From contig NW_021828075.1 of the NCBI RefSeq assembly GCF_006345805.1, forward strand, positions 1 to 34,822: DNA of 34,822 nt. Reading direction: 5' to 3'. This document shows positions 22,718 to 34,329 of this stretch, one piece after another. Source of the stretch: Octopus sinensis. Its lineage: Eukaryota. The notes beneath the pieces are model-generated. The model had not been told where the DNA came from. It saw only the letters and a list, made by a program, of their open reading frames with translations, and did no database searches. Numbering within the stretch: position 1 is the first letter of the stretch; each line of letters opens with the position of its first letter. The position numbers and the translations under genes were made by a program.

Positions 22718-25700
22718 AGACTCCACAGCTTGCGGGCACTCCAGCACATTTTCGGTACACATTTCAACATTTATTTTTCTCCGTGTCTACCGAGAATGGG
22801 CGGAGGTGGCACCGCGGTGCTTATCCGGAAGAGTCTGGATCTCAAAGTAAGAGCAAATTTCCTAGACCCGGAGGGTAGGCTGGTCGTTTTGGATGTCGAT
22901 GGCAGCAATGAGTGTGCTTTTCGACTGATAGCAGTTTATGCTCCGTCCTTAACAGGCCGACCAGATTTCTTTCGACGTCTAGAGTCTTTCATGGGAACGT
23001 CTCGTCCTTTACTTTTAGTGGGGGATTGGAATGCCACCCTGGACACGCATCTAGACTACGTGGGCAGAGATAGCAATAGAAGGGGATGCAAATGCCTCAA
23101 AGACCTGCTCAGACGTTTCCAACTGTCTGACAGGTACCGACTGGACCACCCGAATGTGCCAATGTGGACATGGAGTAACCGCATCGGGTCGTCCAGATCA
23201 TACTTAGACAGAGTATTCTGTAGGACAATAGATAAAAATAGTGTAGGTTGTCCACAATTTCATATAGTCAGTTACACAGATCACAAGTTTGTGACTTGTA
23301 CACTTGACTTAGATAAGACACATAGGCAGGGTCCTGGTTACTGGAAACTGAACGCGTCTTTTACAGCACGACAGGTTACAGGGACCGGATCAGCACATTA
23401 GTTAAGAGAGCTTTGACGGGTACCATCATCAACAACAGATGGTGGTATGCCCTAAAAAAAGCGATTAAAGCAGAATCAGTCAGATACAGTAGAGCCTTAG
23501 CATTAGACCGAAATAGAATAGAGGGAGAATTAGTTAAGGTTTTAGAAGAGGCACTTAGAACTGGCATCGCGTCCAACGTACTGGCGGCGAGATTGGCCCT
23601 CGACCAACACCTCAACGCCAAACACGAGGGATGCGTTGTCAGAGCTAGGATGCGTGCTCTGAGGAACGAAGGAGTTGGAGCCGCCCAAGAGGCCCGAGTG
23701 GTGGAGACGCAACGAGGCAACAGAGCCACCATCAAGTCTCTTATAGATGAACAGGGGCGCGAATTGCTCGAGCCTAAAAGGATGTGTGGGGTTTTTCAAC
23801 AACACTTCACCCAACTGTTTGGGACAAGTGGTGAGTCAGAAAGCAGAGTGGACTTTAGTGCCTACCTGCATGCCTTGCCACGACTCTCAGCAAGGGAGGT
23901 GGAGTCTTGTGAAAAGCCTATCACAGCTGCGGACGTACAGGATGCGATGGTAGGCTGCGCGAGAGACAAGTCACCAGGCTTGGATGGTCTGCCCTACGAA
24001 TTTTTTTCATATGCCAGACTTGTTTGGAGGCGTCTTGGCAGCTGTCTACTGCAACTGGCAGCAGAACGGGAGTATTCCTGCTTTTGTAAAGCGAGGAGCA
24101 GTGGCACTGATCAAGAAAGACCCAAACAAGGGGGACGTCATAGATAATTTCAGGCCCATCACTCTGCTCAACGCAGATTTGAAAATTTTGGCCAAGGTGT
24201 TAGCCGAGAGGTTGGCGCTTGTCATCAAGAAACTAATCGACAAGGCGCAAACATGCGCCGTGCCGGGTAGAAGTATTCATGACAACCTCCATCTGATGCG
24301 CTACATCATAGACAGGGTAGTTAAAAATCCTGGCATGGGTGGGGCGCTGATCAATTTGGATCAATCAAAAGCCTTCGATAGGGTAGACCATCACTACTTG
24401 GAGGCTGTCCTCAAAGCGGCTGGTTTCGGTCCAGTTTTCCGCGGTTGGATCGCTGCCTTATACAGCGGCATCCGCTCAGTAGTTCGCGTAAATGGTCATC
24501 TATCCAGACCTTTTAACATCATGCGTTCGGTTCGTCAGGGATGCCCCCTCTCATCGCTGCTGTATGTACTGACTCTTGAGCCACTACTGCGGAAACTGGC
24601 GACGCTGAGGGGCATCCCACGAGAGCTGGGATGCGGAGGAGCGTGTCTGCATACGCGGATGACGTCACCGTCATAGTGTCGAGCAACGAGCACATCGAGC
24701 TGGTCGGCGAGACACTGAAAGAATACGAAGCGGTAACGGGAGCAAAAATTAACCGGGAAAAGTCAGTGGCTTGCGGCTCGGCACCTGGAGAAGCAAGCCC
24801 ATGCCGTCCAACAGCGTCTCCATCGTGGGACGCTGGACGGACGGACCGGTTAAATTGCTCGGGGTCTGGTTCGGTCCGGACCTCCAAATGGAGAAGAACT
24901 GGGCCGAGATAACGACTAGGGTGGCTACTCTCACCCAGAAATGGACTGAGAGAAAGCTATCCCTAAAAGGTCGGGCGGAGGTGGCGAACGCGTACATCGC
25001 ATCCGTCATCGAGTATCGTCTGACCGTCGTGCCTTGTCCCGACCCTACCATCACCAAACTGGAACGCATACTCTTCCGCTTCTTGTGGAAGGGAAACGTT
25101 CCGATGGTTAGGCGATCCATTTGCTGCCAACACCCGCTAAATGGAGGGCTGGGCATGCCGTGGTTGATGATGCGCAGACATGCGCTGAGACTGCGACATC
25201 TCCGGCGCTTCTTAGACAACGGTGAACAGGGGTGGTCGCCTTTTGTGCGGCGCGCTTTCCCGCAGCTCGTCTCCTTGAACGAACTACAGTCATGGATCAA
25301 GCAGAGACCGAGGCTAGGCGAATGGCACCGCGAGTGTCGCGTTGCTCTCAAGCAACTCTGCCGTCCGGGATCGAACTTGTGCGACTCCATCACAACAAAG
25401 GCATTCTATAGAGGATTAGTGGAGGGGAGGTGCGACGACGAACTCGGGCAGAGTCTGGGCGTCGACGAGGAACACCTGACCCGCCTGTTCAGGACAACTT
25501 TCGGGCCGGGACCTATGAACAATCACCAAAGATCCCTGGCCTGGCAGTGCTATCGAGAAGCATTACCTGTTCGGGATAAGCTCTACAGACACGGTTCCAG
25601 ACACACTGGACCGACTTGCCCGAGATGCGGTCAGAGCGACGAAACCGTTCTGCACGCACTCGTGCAATGTCCAACCATTTCCGACCTGTGGGCTTATGCC

Positions 25701-26036
25701 GAACGGCTGCTGTCACGTGTGGGACGAATCCGCCTATCGGCCGAGTCTATCGTGAAAATTGCTCCGCCCCCTTCCCTCAACCGGGAAGGCAAGGCAGTTT
25801 TCATCGTACTGGTGGCCATGGTGAAAGAATGTGTGTGGTGGACTCGAGCGAAAGGATTAGAGACAAACACTTACCTCTCTGGCCAATCGCTCATCAACTT
25901 TTTCAAGTACCACTTGAAAAGGAAGGTGAGAATGGAGAGGGAAGTTTTGTCTCGCGAAAGATTCAAAAAAAGATGGGTGAATGTTGCAAAGATGGTGCGT
26001 GCTAGTAACGAAACCATTTTGAGCATGATCCTGTAG
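22718..26036 (+). CDS. ORF2 (AP endonuclease - reverse transcriptase - CCHC finger), 4 apparent frameshifts, no start codon
   Basis: APE motifs VYAP, GDWNA, SYLDRVF, TDHKFV; RT motifs [40 protein letters not shown] (24652-24663); CPRC-X8-H-X4-C at 25617-25670. Clade assignment is by recalled similarity. Confidence 0.88.
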
Positions 26037-26339
26037 ATCGTAAAAAAGAAAGAAAGAGAGCATTTTTGACCTCATGTGTTTATTTCCTCCCTGACTGGGG
26101 TTCCCGTGGTCTTTTCTGTAGGCTTTTCTTCCCACGGATGAACCAATCTTGTTATATCAATTTTACACCATTATTTCTGTGATACACGATTTTCTTTTTT
26201 TTCCTTTTTTTTTTTCCTCTCGATCCCTTTTGATCGCAATCTTACATTTTTATTTTTTCCACCCACCCTCGAAAAGAAAAGCTCTGCATTTGTATTTGTC
26301 CCCTCTGTATTCAGCAGCCTGTGTGGCTAATAAAGAAGT
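22718..26339 (+). mobile_element. Tx1/L1-group non-LTR retrotransposon, copy 1, 5'-truncated inside the endonuclease domain
   Basis: APE, RT and C-terminal CCHC motifs; T/C-rich 3' UTR with AATAAA at 26329-26334; TATC on both sides. Confidence 0.93.
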
Positions 26340-26472
26340 TATCTATCTATCTATCAATCTATCTATCTATCAATCTATCTATCTATCTATCTATCTATCA
26401 TCTATCTATCTATCTATCTATCAATCTATCTATCTATCAATCTATCTATCTATCTATCTATCTATCAATCTA
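26340..26472. repeat. (TATC)n array with AATC variants, segment 2 (between the LINE copies)
   Basis: Visible. Confidence 0.95.
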
Positions 26473-29400
26473 TAGATAAGACACATAGGCAGGGTCCTGG
26501 TTACTGGAAACTGAACGCGTCTTTTACAGCACGACAGGTTTACAGGGACCGGATCAGCACATTAGTTAAGAGAGCTTTGACGGGTACCATCATCAACAAC
26601 AGATGGTGGTATGCCCTAAAAAAAGCGATTAAAGCAGAATCAGTCAGATACAGTAGAGCCCTAGCATTAGACCGAAATAGAGTAGAGGGAGAATTAGTTA
26701 AGGTTTTAGAAGAGGCACTTAGAACTGGCATCGCGTCCAACGTACTGGCGGCGAGATTGGCCCTCGACCAACACCTCAACGCCAAACACGAGGGATGCGT
26801 TGTCAGAGCTAGGATGCGTGCTCTGAGGAACGAAGGAGTTGGAGCCGCCCAGAGGCCCGAGTGGTGGAGACGCAACGAGGCAACAGAGCCACATCAAGTC
26901 TCTTATAGATGAACAGGGGCGCGAATTGCTCGAGCCTAAAAGGATGTGTGGGGTTTTTCAACAACACTTCACCCAACTGTTTGGGACAAGTGGTGAGTCA
27001 GAAAGCAGAGTGGACTTTAGTGCCTACCTGCATGCCTTGCCACGACTCTCAGCAAGGGAGGTGGAGTCTTGTGAAAAGCCTATCACAGCTGCGGACGTAC
27101 AGGATGCGATGGTAGGCTGCGCGAGAGACAAGTCACCAGGCTTGGATGGTCTGCCCTACGAATTTTATTTTCATATGCCAGACTTGTTTGGAGGCGTCTT
27201 GGCAGCTGTCTACTGCAACTGGCCAGCAGAACGGGAGTATTCCTGCTTTTGTAAAGCGAGGAGCAGTGGCACTGATCAAGAAAGACCCAACAAGGGGGAC
27301 GTCATAGATAATTTCAGGCCCATCACTCTGCTCAACGCAGATTTGAAAATTTTGGCCAAGGTGTTAGCCGAGAGGTTGGCGCTTGTCATCAAGAAACTAA
27401 TCGACAAGGCGCAAACATGCGCCGTGCCGGTAGAAGTATTCATGACAACCTCCATCTGATGCGCTACATCATAGACAGGGTAGTTAAAAATCCTGGCATG
27501 GGTGGGGCGCTGATAAATTTGGATCAATCAAAAGCCTTCGATAGGGTAGACCATCACTACTTGGAGGCTGTCCTCAAAGGGCTGGTTTCGGTCCAGTTTT
27601 CCGCGGTTGGATCGCTGCCTTATACAGCGGCATCCGCTCAGTAGTTCGCGTAAATGGTCATCTATCCAGACCTTTTAACATCATGCGTTCGGTTCGTCAG
27701 GGATGCCCCTCTCTCATCGCTGCTGTATGTACTGACTCTTGAGCCACTACTGCGGAAACTGGCGACGCTGAGGGGCATCCCACGAGAGCTGGGATGCGGG
27801 AGGAGCGTGTCTGCATACGCGGATGACGTCACCGTCATAGTGTCGAGCTACAGCACATCGAGCTGGTCGGCGAGACACTGTGAAGAATACGAAGCGGTAA
27901 CGGGAGCAAAAATTAACCGGAAAAGTCAGTGGGCTTGCGGCTCGGCACCTGGAGAAGCAAGCCCATGCCGTCCAACAGCGTCTCCATCGTGGGACGCTGG
28001 ACGGACGGACCGGTTAAATTGCTCGGGGTCTGGTTCGGTCCGGACCTCCAATGGAGAAGAACTGGGGCGAGATAACGACTAGGGTGGCTACTCTCACCCA
28101 GAAATGACTGAGAGAAAGCTATCCCTAAAAGGTCGGCGGAGGTGGCGAACGCGTACATCGCATCCGTCATCGAGTATGTCTGACCGTCGTGCCTTGTCCC
28201 GACCCTACCATCACCAAACTGGAACGCATACTCTTCCGCTCTTGTTAAGGGAAACGTTCCGATGGTTAGGCGATCCATTTGCTGCCAACACCCGCTAAAT
28301 GGAGGGCTGGGCATGCCGTGGTTGATGATGCGCAGACATGCGCTGAGACTGCGACATCTCCGGCGCTTCATAGACAACGGTGAACAGGGGTGGTCGCCTT
28401 TTGTGCGGCCGCTTTCCCGCAGCTCGTCTCCTTGGACGAACTACAGTCATGGATCAAGCAGAGACCGAGGCTAGGCGAATGGCACCGCGAGTGTCGCGTT
28501 GCTCTCAAGCAACTCTGCCGTCCGGGATCGAACTTGTGCGACTCCATCACAACAAAGGCATTCTATAGAGGATTAGTGGAGGGGAGGTGCGACGACGAAC
28601 TCGGGCAGAGTCTGGGCGTCGACGAGGAACACCTGACCCGCTGTTCAGGACAACATTCGGGCCGGGACCTATGAACAATCACCAAAGATCCCTGGCCTTG
28701 CAGTGCTATCGAGAAGCATTACCTGTTCGGATAAGCTCTACAGACACGGTTCCAGACACACTGGACCGACTTGCCCGAGATGCGGTCAGAGCGACGAAAC
28801 CGTTCTGCACGCACTCGTGCAATGTCCAACCATTTCCGACCTGTGGGCTTATGCCGAACGGCTGCTGTCACGTGGGGGACGAATCCGCCTATCGGCCGAG
28901 TCTATCGTGAGAATTGCTCCGCCCCCTTCCCTCAACCGGGAAGCAAGGCAGTTTTCATCGTACTGGTGGCCATGGTGAAAGAATGTGTGTGTGTGGACTC
29001 GAGCGAAAGGATTAGAGACAAACACTTACCTCTCTGGCCATCGCTCATCAACTTTTTCAAGTACCACTGAAAAGGAAGGTGAGAATGGAGAGGAAGTTTT
29101 GTCTCGCGAAAGATTCAAAAAAAGATGGGTGAATGTTGCAAAGATGGTGCGTGCTAGTAACGAAACCATTTTGAGCATGATCCTGTAGATCGTAAAAAAG
29201 AAAGAAAGAGAGCATTTTTTGACCTCATGTGTTTATTTCCTCCCTGACTGGGGTTCCCGTGGTCTTTTCTGTAGGCTTTTCTTCCCACGGATGAACCCAA
29301 TCTTGTTATATCAATGTTTACACCATTATTTCTGTGATACACGATTTTCCTTTTTTTTTCCTCCTCTCGATCCCTTTTGATCGCAACCTTACATTTTTAT

Positions 29401-29482
29401 TTTTTCCACCCTCGAAAAGAAAAGCTCTGCATTTGTATTTGTCCCCTCTGTATTCAGCCCTGTGTGGCTAATAAAAGAAAGT
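26473..29482 (+). mobile_element. Tx1/L1-group retrotransposon, copy 2, 5'-truncated at the position equivalent to 23310; many 1-bp indels
   Basis: Colinear and near-identical to 23310-26339; YADD and CPRC motifs present in shifted frames; stop at 29186-29188. Confidence 0.92.
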
Positions 29483-29531
29483 TATCTATCAATCTATCTA
29501 TCTATCTATCTATCAATCTATCTATCTATCA

Positions 29532-29578
<47 letters not shown>

Positions 29579-29603
29579 AATCTATCTATCTATCTATCTA
29601 TCA

Positions 29604-29646
<43 letters not shown>

Positions 29647-29663
29647 AATCTATCTATCTATCA

Positions 29664-29698
<35 letters not shown>

Positions 29699-29763
29699 AA
29701 TCTATCTATCTATCTATCTATCAATCTATCTATCTATCAATCTATCTATCTATCTATCTATCA

Positions 29764-29802
<39 letters not shown>

Positions 29803-29827
29803 AATCTATCTATCTATCTATCTATCA

Positions 29828-29862
<35 letters not shown>

Positions 29863-29923
29863 AATCTATCTATCTATCTATCTATCAATCTATCTATCTA
29901 TCTATCAATCTATCTATCTATCA

Positions 29924-29962
<39 letters not shown>

Positions 29963-29993
29963 ACTATCTATCTATCTATCTATCTATCTATCA

Positions 29994-30045
<52 letters not shown>
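29483..30045. repeat. (TATC)n array with AATC variants, segment 3
   Basis: Visible. Confidence 0.95.
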
Positions 30046-30059
30046 CATATGTATATATG

Positions 30060-30105
<46 letters not shown>

Positions 30106-30125
30106 GGAGAGAGAGAGAGAGAGAT

Positions 30126-30448
30126 GAAGGCGCATGGCTCAGTGTTTAGACCGTCGAGCTTACGATCGTGAGGTTGCGAGACCGGGCAGCGTGTTGTGTT
30201 CTTGAGCAAGGCACTTTACTTCACGTTGCTCCAGTTCACTCAGCTGTAGAAATGAGTTGCGACGTCACTGGTGCCAAGCTGTATCAGCCCCTTTGCCTTT
30301 CCCTTGGATAACCCTGGTGCCGTGGAGAGGGGAGGCTTGTATGCATGGGCGACTGCTGGTCTTCCATAACAACCTTGCTCAGATTTGTGCCTTGGATGGT
30401 AACTTCCTAGATGCAATCCCATGGTCAGTCATGACCGAAGGGGGTCTC
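30126..30448 (+). mobile_element. tRNA-derived SINE with CORE-like segment (family C)
   Basis: A-box-like tggctcagtgtttag, B box apparently deleted; ttcttgagcaaggcacttt...cagctgtagaaatg resembles the CORE domain of MIR-type SINEs. Confidence 0.65.
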
Positions 30449-30784
30449 AGCATATGTTTTGCGTTGTTTGAATGATTTGTATGTGTGCAGGTAGGGAAAT
30501 TGTGGATGCGACAAAACCTTCTGGTGTAATGTTCTGTGCGTGTGTTATGTATTTGTTTTTTGTGCTTATTGCCATGTAGTTTGTAAGGTTACTGTCTTTA
30601 GTCTGTATTTGTTGTAGTTGCTGTTGCTGCTGCTGTTATTGTTGTTACTGCTGCTGTTGTTGCTGTTGTTACTGCTGCTGCTGTTGCTGTTGAGCAAACG
30701 GTCTTCGTCCCAGAGCTCGCAAGATGGGAGAAATCTGAAACGTAGTTGTTTGCTATTCGTAAGACCCGCAGAAGAGAAAGCAGA

Positions 30785-31060
30785 TCAACCCCCGACACCG
30801 AGAGCATCGACGGATGTATGAATGCGCATCTAGGCTCAGCGGTTGCGTAGGAAGTCGGGGACAAGAAACAGGAAGAAAGAGTGAGAGGAAAGTTGGGGCG
30901 AAAGAGTACAGCAGGGGTCACCACCATCCCTGCCGGAGCGTCGTGGAGCTTTTAGGTGTTTTTGCTCAATAAACACACACAACGCCCGGTCTGGGAATCG
31001 AAACCGCGATCCTCCGACCGCGAGACCGCTGCCCTAACCATTGGGCCAATGCGCCTCCAC
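30785..31060 (-). mobile_element. tRNA-derived SINE, family D
   Basis: Reverse complement: ggaggcgcattggcccaatggttagggcagcg...ggtttcgattccc (A and B boxes); the left (3') boundary is approximate. Confidence 0.7.
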
Positions 31061-31240
31061 TGTTGTTACTGCTGTTATTGCTTCTGTTGTTGCTGCTGCT
31101 GCCGTTACTGCTGCAACTGTTGTTATTGTTGTTGGGAGGGGTGATGATGTGGTGGTGATGGTTGTGGTAGTTTTTGTTGATGTTGTTGTTGATGTTGCTT
31201 ATCCCTTGGACAGCTCCAGTTCAACGGATCTTAGATCGCT

Positions 31241-31366
31241 ACCATCCCCTGCTGGAGCCTCGTGGAACTTTAGGTGTATTCACTCAATAAACACTCACGA
31301 CGCCCGGTCTGGGAATCGAAACCGCGATCCTCCGACCGCGAGTCCATTGGGCCATTGCGCCTCCAC
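31241..31366 (-). mobile_element. Family-D SINE, truncated second copy
   Basis: Matches 30922-31060 with a short deletion. Confidence 0.75.
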
Positions 31367-31439
31367 TGTAGTTGCTGTTGCTTTTGTTGTGGTGGTGGTG
31401 GTTGCGGTTTTGATTGCTGTTGTTGTTGTGGTTCTGTGT

Positions 31440-32740
31440 ATAGGATTGCTTGTGTTTCAGATGTTAGAAGTGGTGCTCTCAATGCAGTGTTTGTTTTGGG
31501 TGCATTTGTTTTTTGGGGTTTGATTTTTTTTCTTTCTACTTCTTGTGTGGGGTGAGGATCGTTATTGTTTATTTACCTTTCTATCTCTTTTCCGATACTT
31601 TCCTTAACTGCCACTCCTCATCGCGGTCCGACTCTCCACTTGTGATGTCCACCCGCTCCGCATCGGGAAACGGAATATCTTCGGGTGCTGAGAAGCGTTT
31701 GGGGGAACTCGGTGTCGTTATGGTTATTGGTGTTGATGCTGCCGCGGCTGAATCGCTAGGGCGGCGAGCTGGCAAAATCGTTAGCACACCAGGCGAAATG
31801 CTTAGCGGTATTTCGTCTGCCGCTACGTTCTGAGTTCAAATTCCACCGAGGTCGACTTTGCCTTTCATCCTTTCGGGGTCGATAAATTAAGTACCAATTA
31901 CGCACTGGGGTCGATGTAATCGACTTAATCCGTTTGTCTGTCCTTGTTTGTCCCCTCTGTGTTTAGCCCCTTGTGGGTAGTAAAGAAATAGGTATTTCGT
32001 CTGTCTATACGTTCTGAGTTCAAATTCCGCTGAGGTCGACTTTGCCTTTCATCCTTTCGGGGTCGATAAGTTAAGTACCAGTTACGCACTGAGGTCGATA
32101 TAATCGACTTAATCCGTTTGTCTGTCCTTGTTTGTCCCCTCTATGTTTAGCCCCTTGTGGGTAGTAAAGAAATAGGTATTTCGTCTGCCGCTACGTTCTG
32201 AGTTCAAATTCCGCCGAGGTTGACTTTGCCTTTCATCCTTTCGGGGTCGATAAGTTAAGTACCAGTTACGCACTGAGGTCGATATAATCGACTTAATCCC
32301 TTTGTCTGTCCTTGTTTGTCCCCTCTATGTTTTAGCCCCTTGTGGGTAGTAAAGAGATATGAATCTGTTGATGGAGATGGTGCTGCTGCTGTTGTCGCTC
32401 GTGTTCTGGTGGCCGTTGTTGGTATCGGGAGGATAGGTGTCCGTCTCTCTTTTACCTTCAATCTAAGGTAGAAGGCTTTTAAATGATTGGTTGAAAAGAA
32501 AATGTGGCTCTTTGCTTTCCTTCCATCCACCCTGAATGGAATAATGCTGTCGCCAGGAAGATGGATCTGGTCTTGGATGAGATCTACATTCTTTTGCTGC
32601 TGCCGCTGATGTTGTTGTTATTGCAGTTGTTGATGGTGCTGCTGATAATGTTGCTGTTACTGTTGTTGTTCTTGTTGCTGTTGTTACTGCTGTTGCTGTT
32701 GTTGCTGTTACTTATTGTACCCGCACCGTCCCTTGCTTCG
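31440..32740 (-). pseudogene. Decayed Tx1-type ORF1 relic interrupted by a SINE trimer and (CAA)n repeats
   Basis: 32360-32600 reads LIQDQIHLPGDSIIPFRVDGRKAK[S]HI[F]FSTNHLKAF[Y], which aligns with the 20189 relic; downstream S/T/P-rich and ESDRDEEWQLRK segments; boundaries are approximate. Confidence 0.45.
31760..32359 (+). mobile_element. Family-B SINE trimer (one full unit plus two headless units of about 184 bp)
   Basis: Junction aagaaatag|gtatttcg at 31991/31992 and 32175/32176. Confidence 0.9.
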
Positions 32741-32919
32741 CTCACGAAAAGGCCCCTCATTCTTTACATTTTGGAAATTGCTTTTATTCCGGACAAGGTT
32801 GTCAAAACCGGAGCCGTTGCTTTTCCGAAGATCTTCTAAGAGATCCTTCTCGAAAAAATTGACCGTACTGTCCTTTATGCTCATTCTACAACTGTTTTGT
32901 TTTAATCGACTAATAATAA

Positions 32920-33010
32920 TAAGCTCCATGGTCGATTTGTTCGACTAAAACTTTTCAAGACTGTGCCCCAGTATGGCCGCAGTCCGGTGATTGCAGCAAA
33001 TAAAAAAAAA
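32920..33010 (+). mobile_element. Degenerate SINE 3' fragment related to the family-A tail
   Basis: gtcgatttgttcgactaaaa...gtgccccagtatggccgcagtc resembles 1005-1050. Confidence 0.6.
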
Positions 33011-33182
33011 AGGTACAAAATAAAAGATACAACTTATGGAGTTGGTTTTACCTGGGAAAAAGTGAAGTATAACAAAATAAATGTATATTTTGGTAATTTA
33101 ATTGATGCGTGACACCCAAAAGAATTTCTGTCAAGTCCAAATCTTCGTTTTCTTTTTTTCGTTCACACATGACAGACACGTA

Positions 33183-33728
33183 CCGTAAATCCTCGAGTAT
33201 AATCCGCATTTTTTCTCCAAAATTTAAAGGTCAAAATCCCTAGTGCGTACTATATACGAGGTTAAAAATGAAAATTATTTTCCAAGCAATGTCCGAGTCT
33301 CTATTTGCTGTCTGGAAATGTTTATTCAGACGCATTTTGTGATGTCGGGCGAGAAAATACCTTAAGCTAAGCCTGAAAGCAATGAAGTCATAAAAGAATC
33401 ATCCATAACTGCAGTAAGCACATTTATTAAACGTTATTACTGTTTTTTCTTTATTTTCTGCAAAAAAAATGCACAAAAAGCTACACATTTGCATTATGTT
33501 ATTTATACAATAATAATAAAGGACGTTACCGTATACATGTTTACAACCAAGGACGTTATATAGACCTCCAAGACTCAAGTTAGAGAAGGGGTGCATATTA
33601 TACACAAGGTTTAGGTTTTTCAGAGGTACAGCCCCCTAAAAATCCTCTGCGTATTATACTCAAAGCTTAGGTTTTTCAGAAGTACAGCCCCCTAAAAACC
33701 CCTGCGGACTATACTCGAGGATTTACGG
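33183..33728. mobile_element. Tc1/mariner-superfamily MITE (CCGTA termini, Tc2-like)
   Basis: 26-bp TIRs ccgtaaatcctcgagtata[a/g]tccgca with TA on both sides; subterminal direct repeat of about 50 bp at 33611-33716. Confidence 0.88.
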
Positions 33729-33880
33729 TATATACACACACCAAATGCGACATCCATTAACTTCGAAGAAATAAAATAAGGGAAGTAACTCTTAATATTA
33801 AGTACATTTTGTTACCTCCCTTAGAAAAGTTTGATTTGAGAACAATATTTTGGTTGTTATGGATGGTATATTATGATTAA

Positions 33881-34203
33881 GGCAGCGAGCTGGCAGAAAC
33901 GTTAGCACGTGGGCGAAATGCGTAGCCGTATTTCGTCTGCTGTTACGTTCTGAGTTCAAATTCCGCTGAGGTCGACTATGCCTTTCATCCTTTCGGGGTC
34001 GATAAATTAAGTACCAGTTCCGCACTGGGGTCGATATAATAGACTTAATCCATTTGTCTGTCCTTGTTTGTCCCCTCTATGTTTAGCCCCTTGTGGGTAG
34101 TAAAGAAATAGGTATTTCGTCTGCCGTTACGTTCTGAGTTCAAATACCGCCGAGGTCGACTTTGCCTTTCATCCTTTCAGGGTCGATAAATTAAGTACCA
34201 GTT
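33881..34203 (+). mobile_element. Family-B SINE, full unit plus a partial headless second unit
   Basis: Same junction aagaaatag|gtatttcg at 34111/34112. Confidence 0.88.
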
Positions 34204-34329
34204 ATGCCACTTGTGGCAAAAATTGGAAATAATTATATTATATACATATTGTATTATATAGTTTACAATATTATATTATGTTTTATTGTATTATATTACA
34301 TATATACACGCTCTTATACACGCATGAGC

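Noticed and set aside
22048-22878. Long ORFs of YLSI/SIYL repeats (also 29377-30127, 12367-12885, 8217-8563)
   Set aside because: Translations of (TATC)n, which has no stop in several frames; only the part of 22115-23401 after 22718 is real coding sequence.
19990-26036. ORF1 relic and ORF2 as one full-length element split by microsatellites
   Set aside because: The ORF1 relic has in-frame stops and a broken knuckle (old), whereas ORF2 is essentially intact (young) and begins mid-endonuclease at a TATC junction.
22122-30045. CRISPR-like or other prokaryotic repeat-spacer system
   Set aside because: The repeats are tetranucleotide microsatellites and the inserts are LINE copies; the context is eukaryotic.
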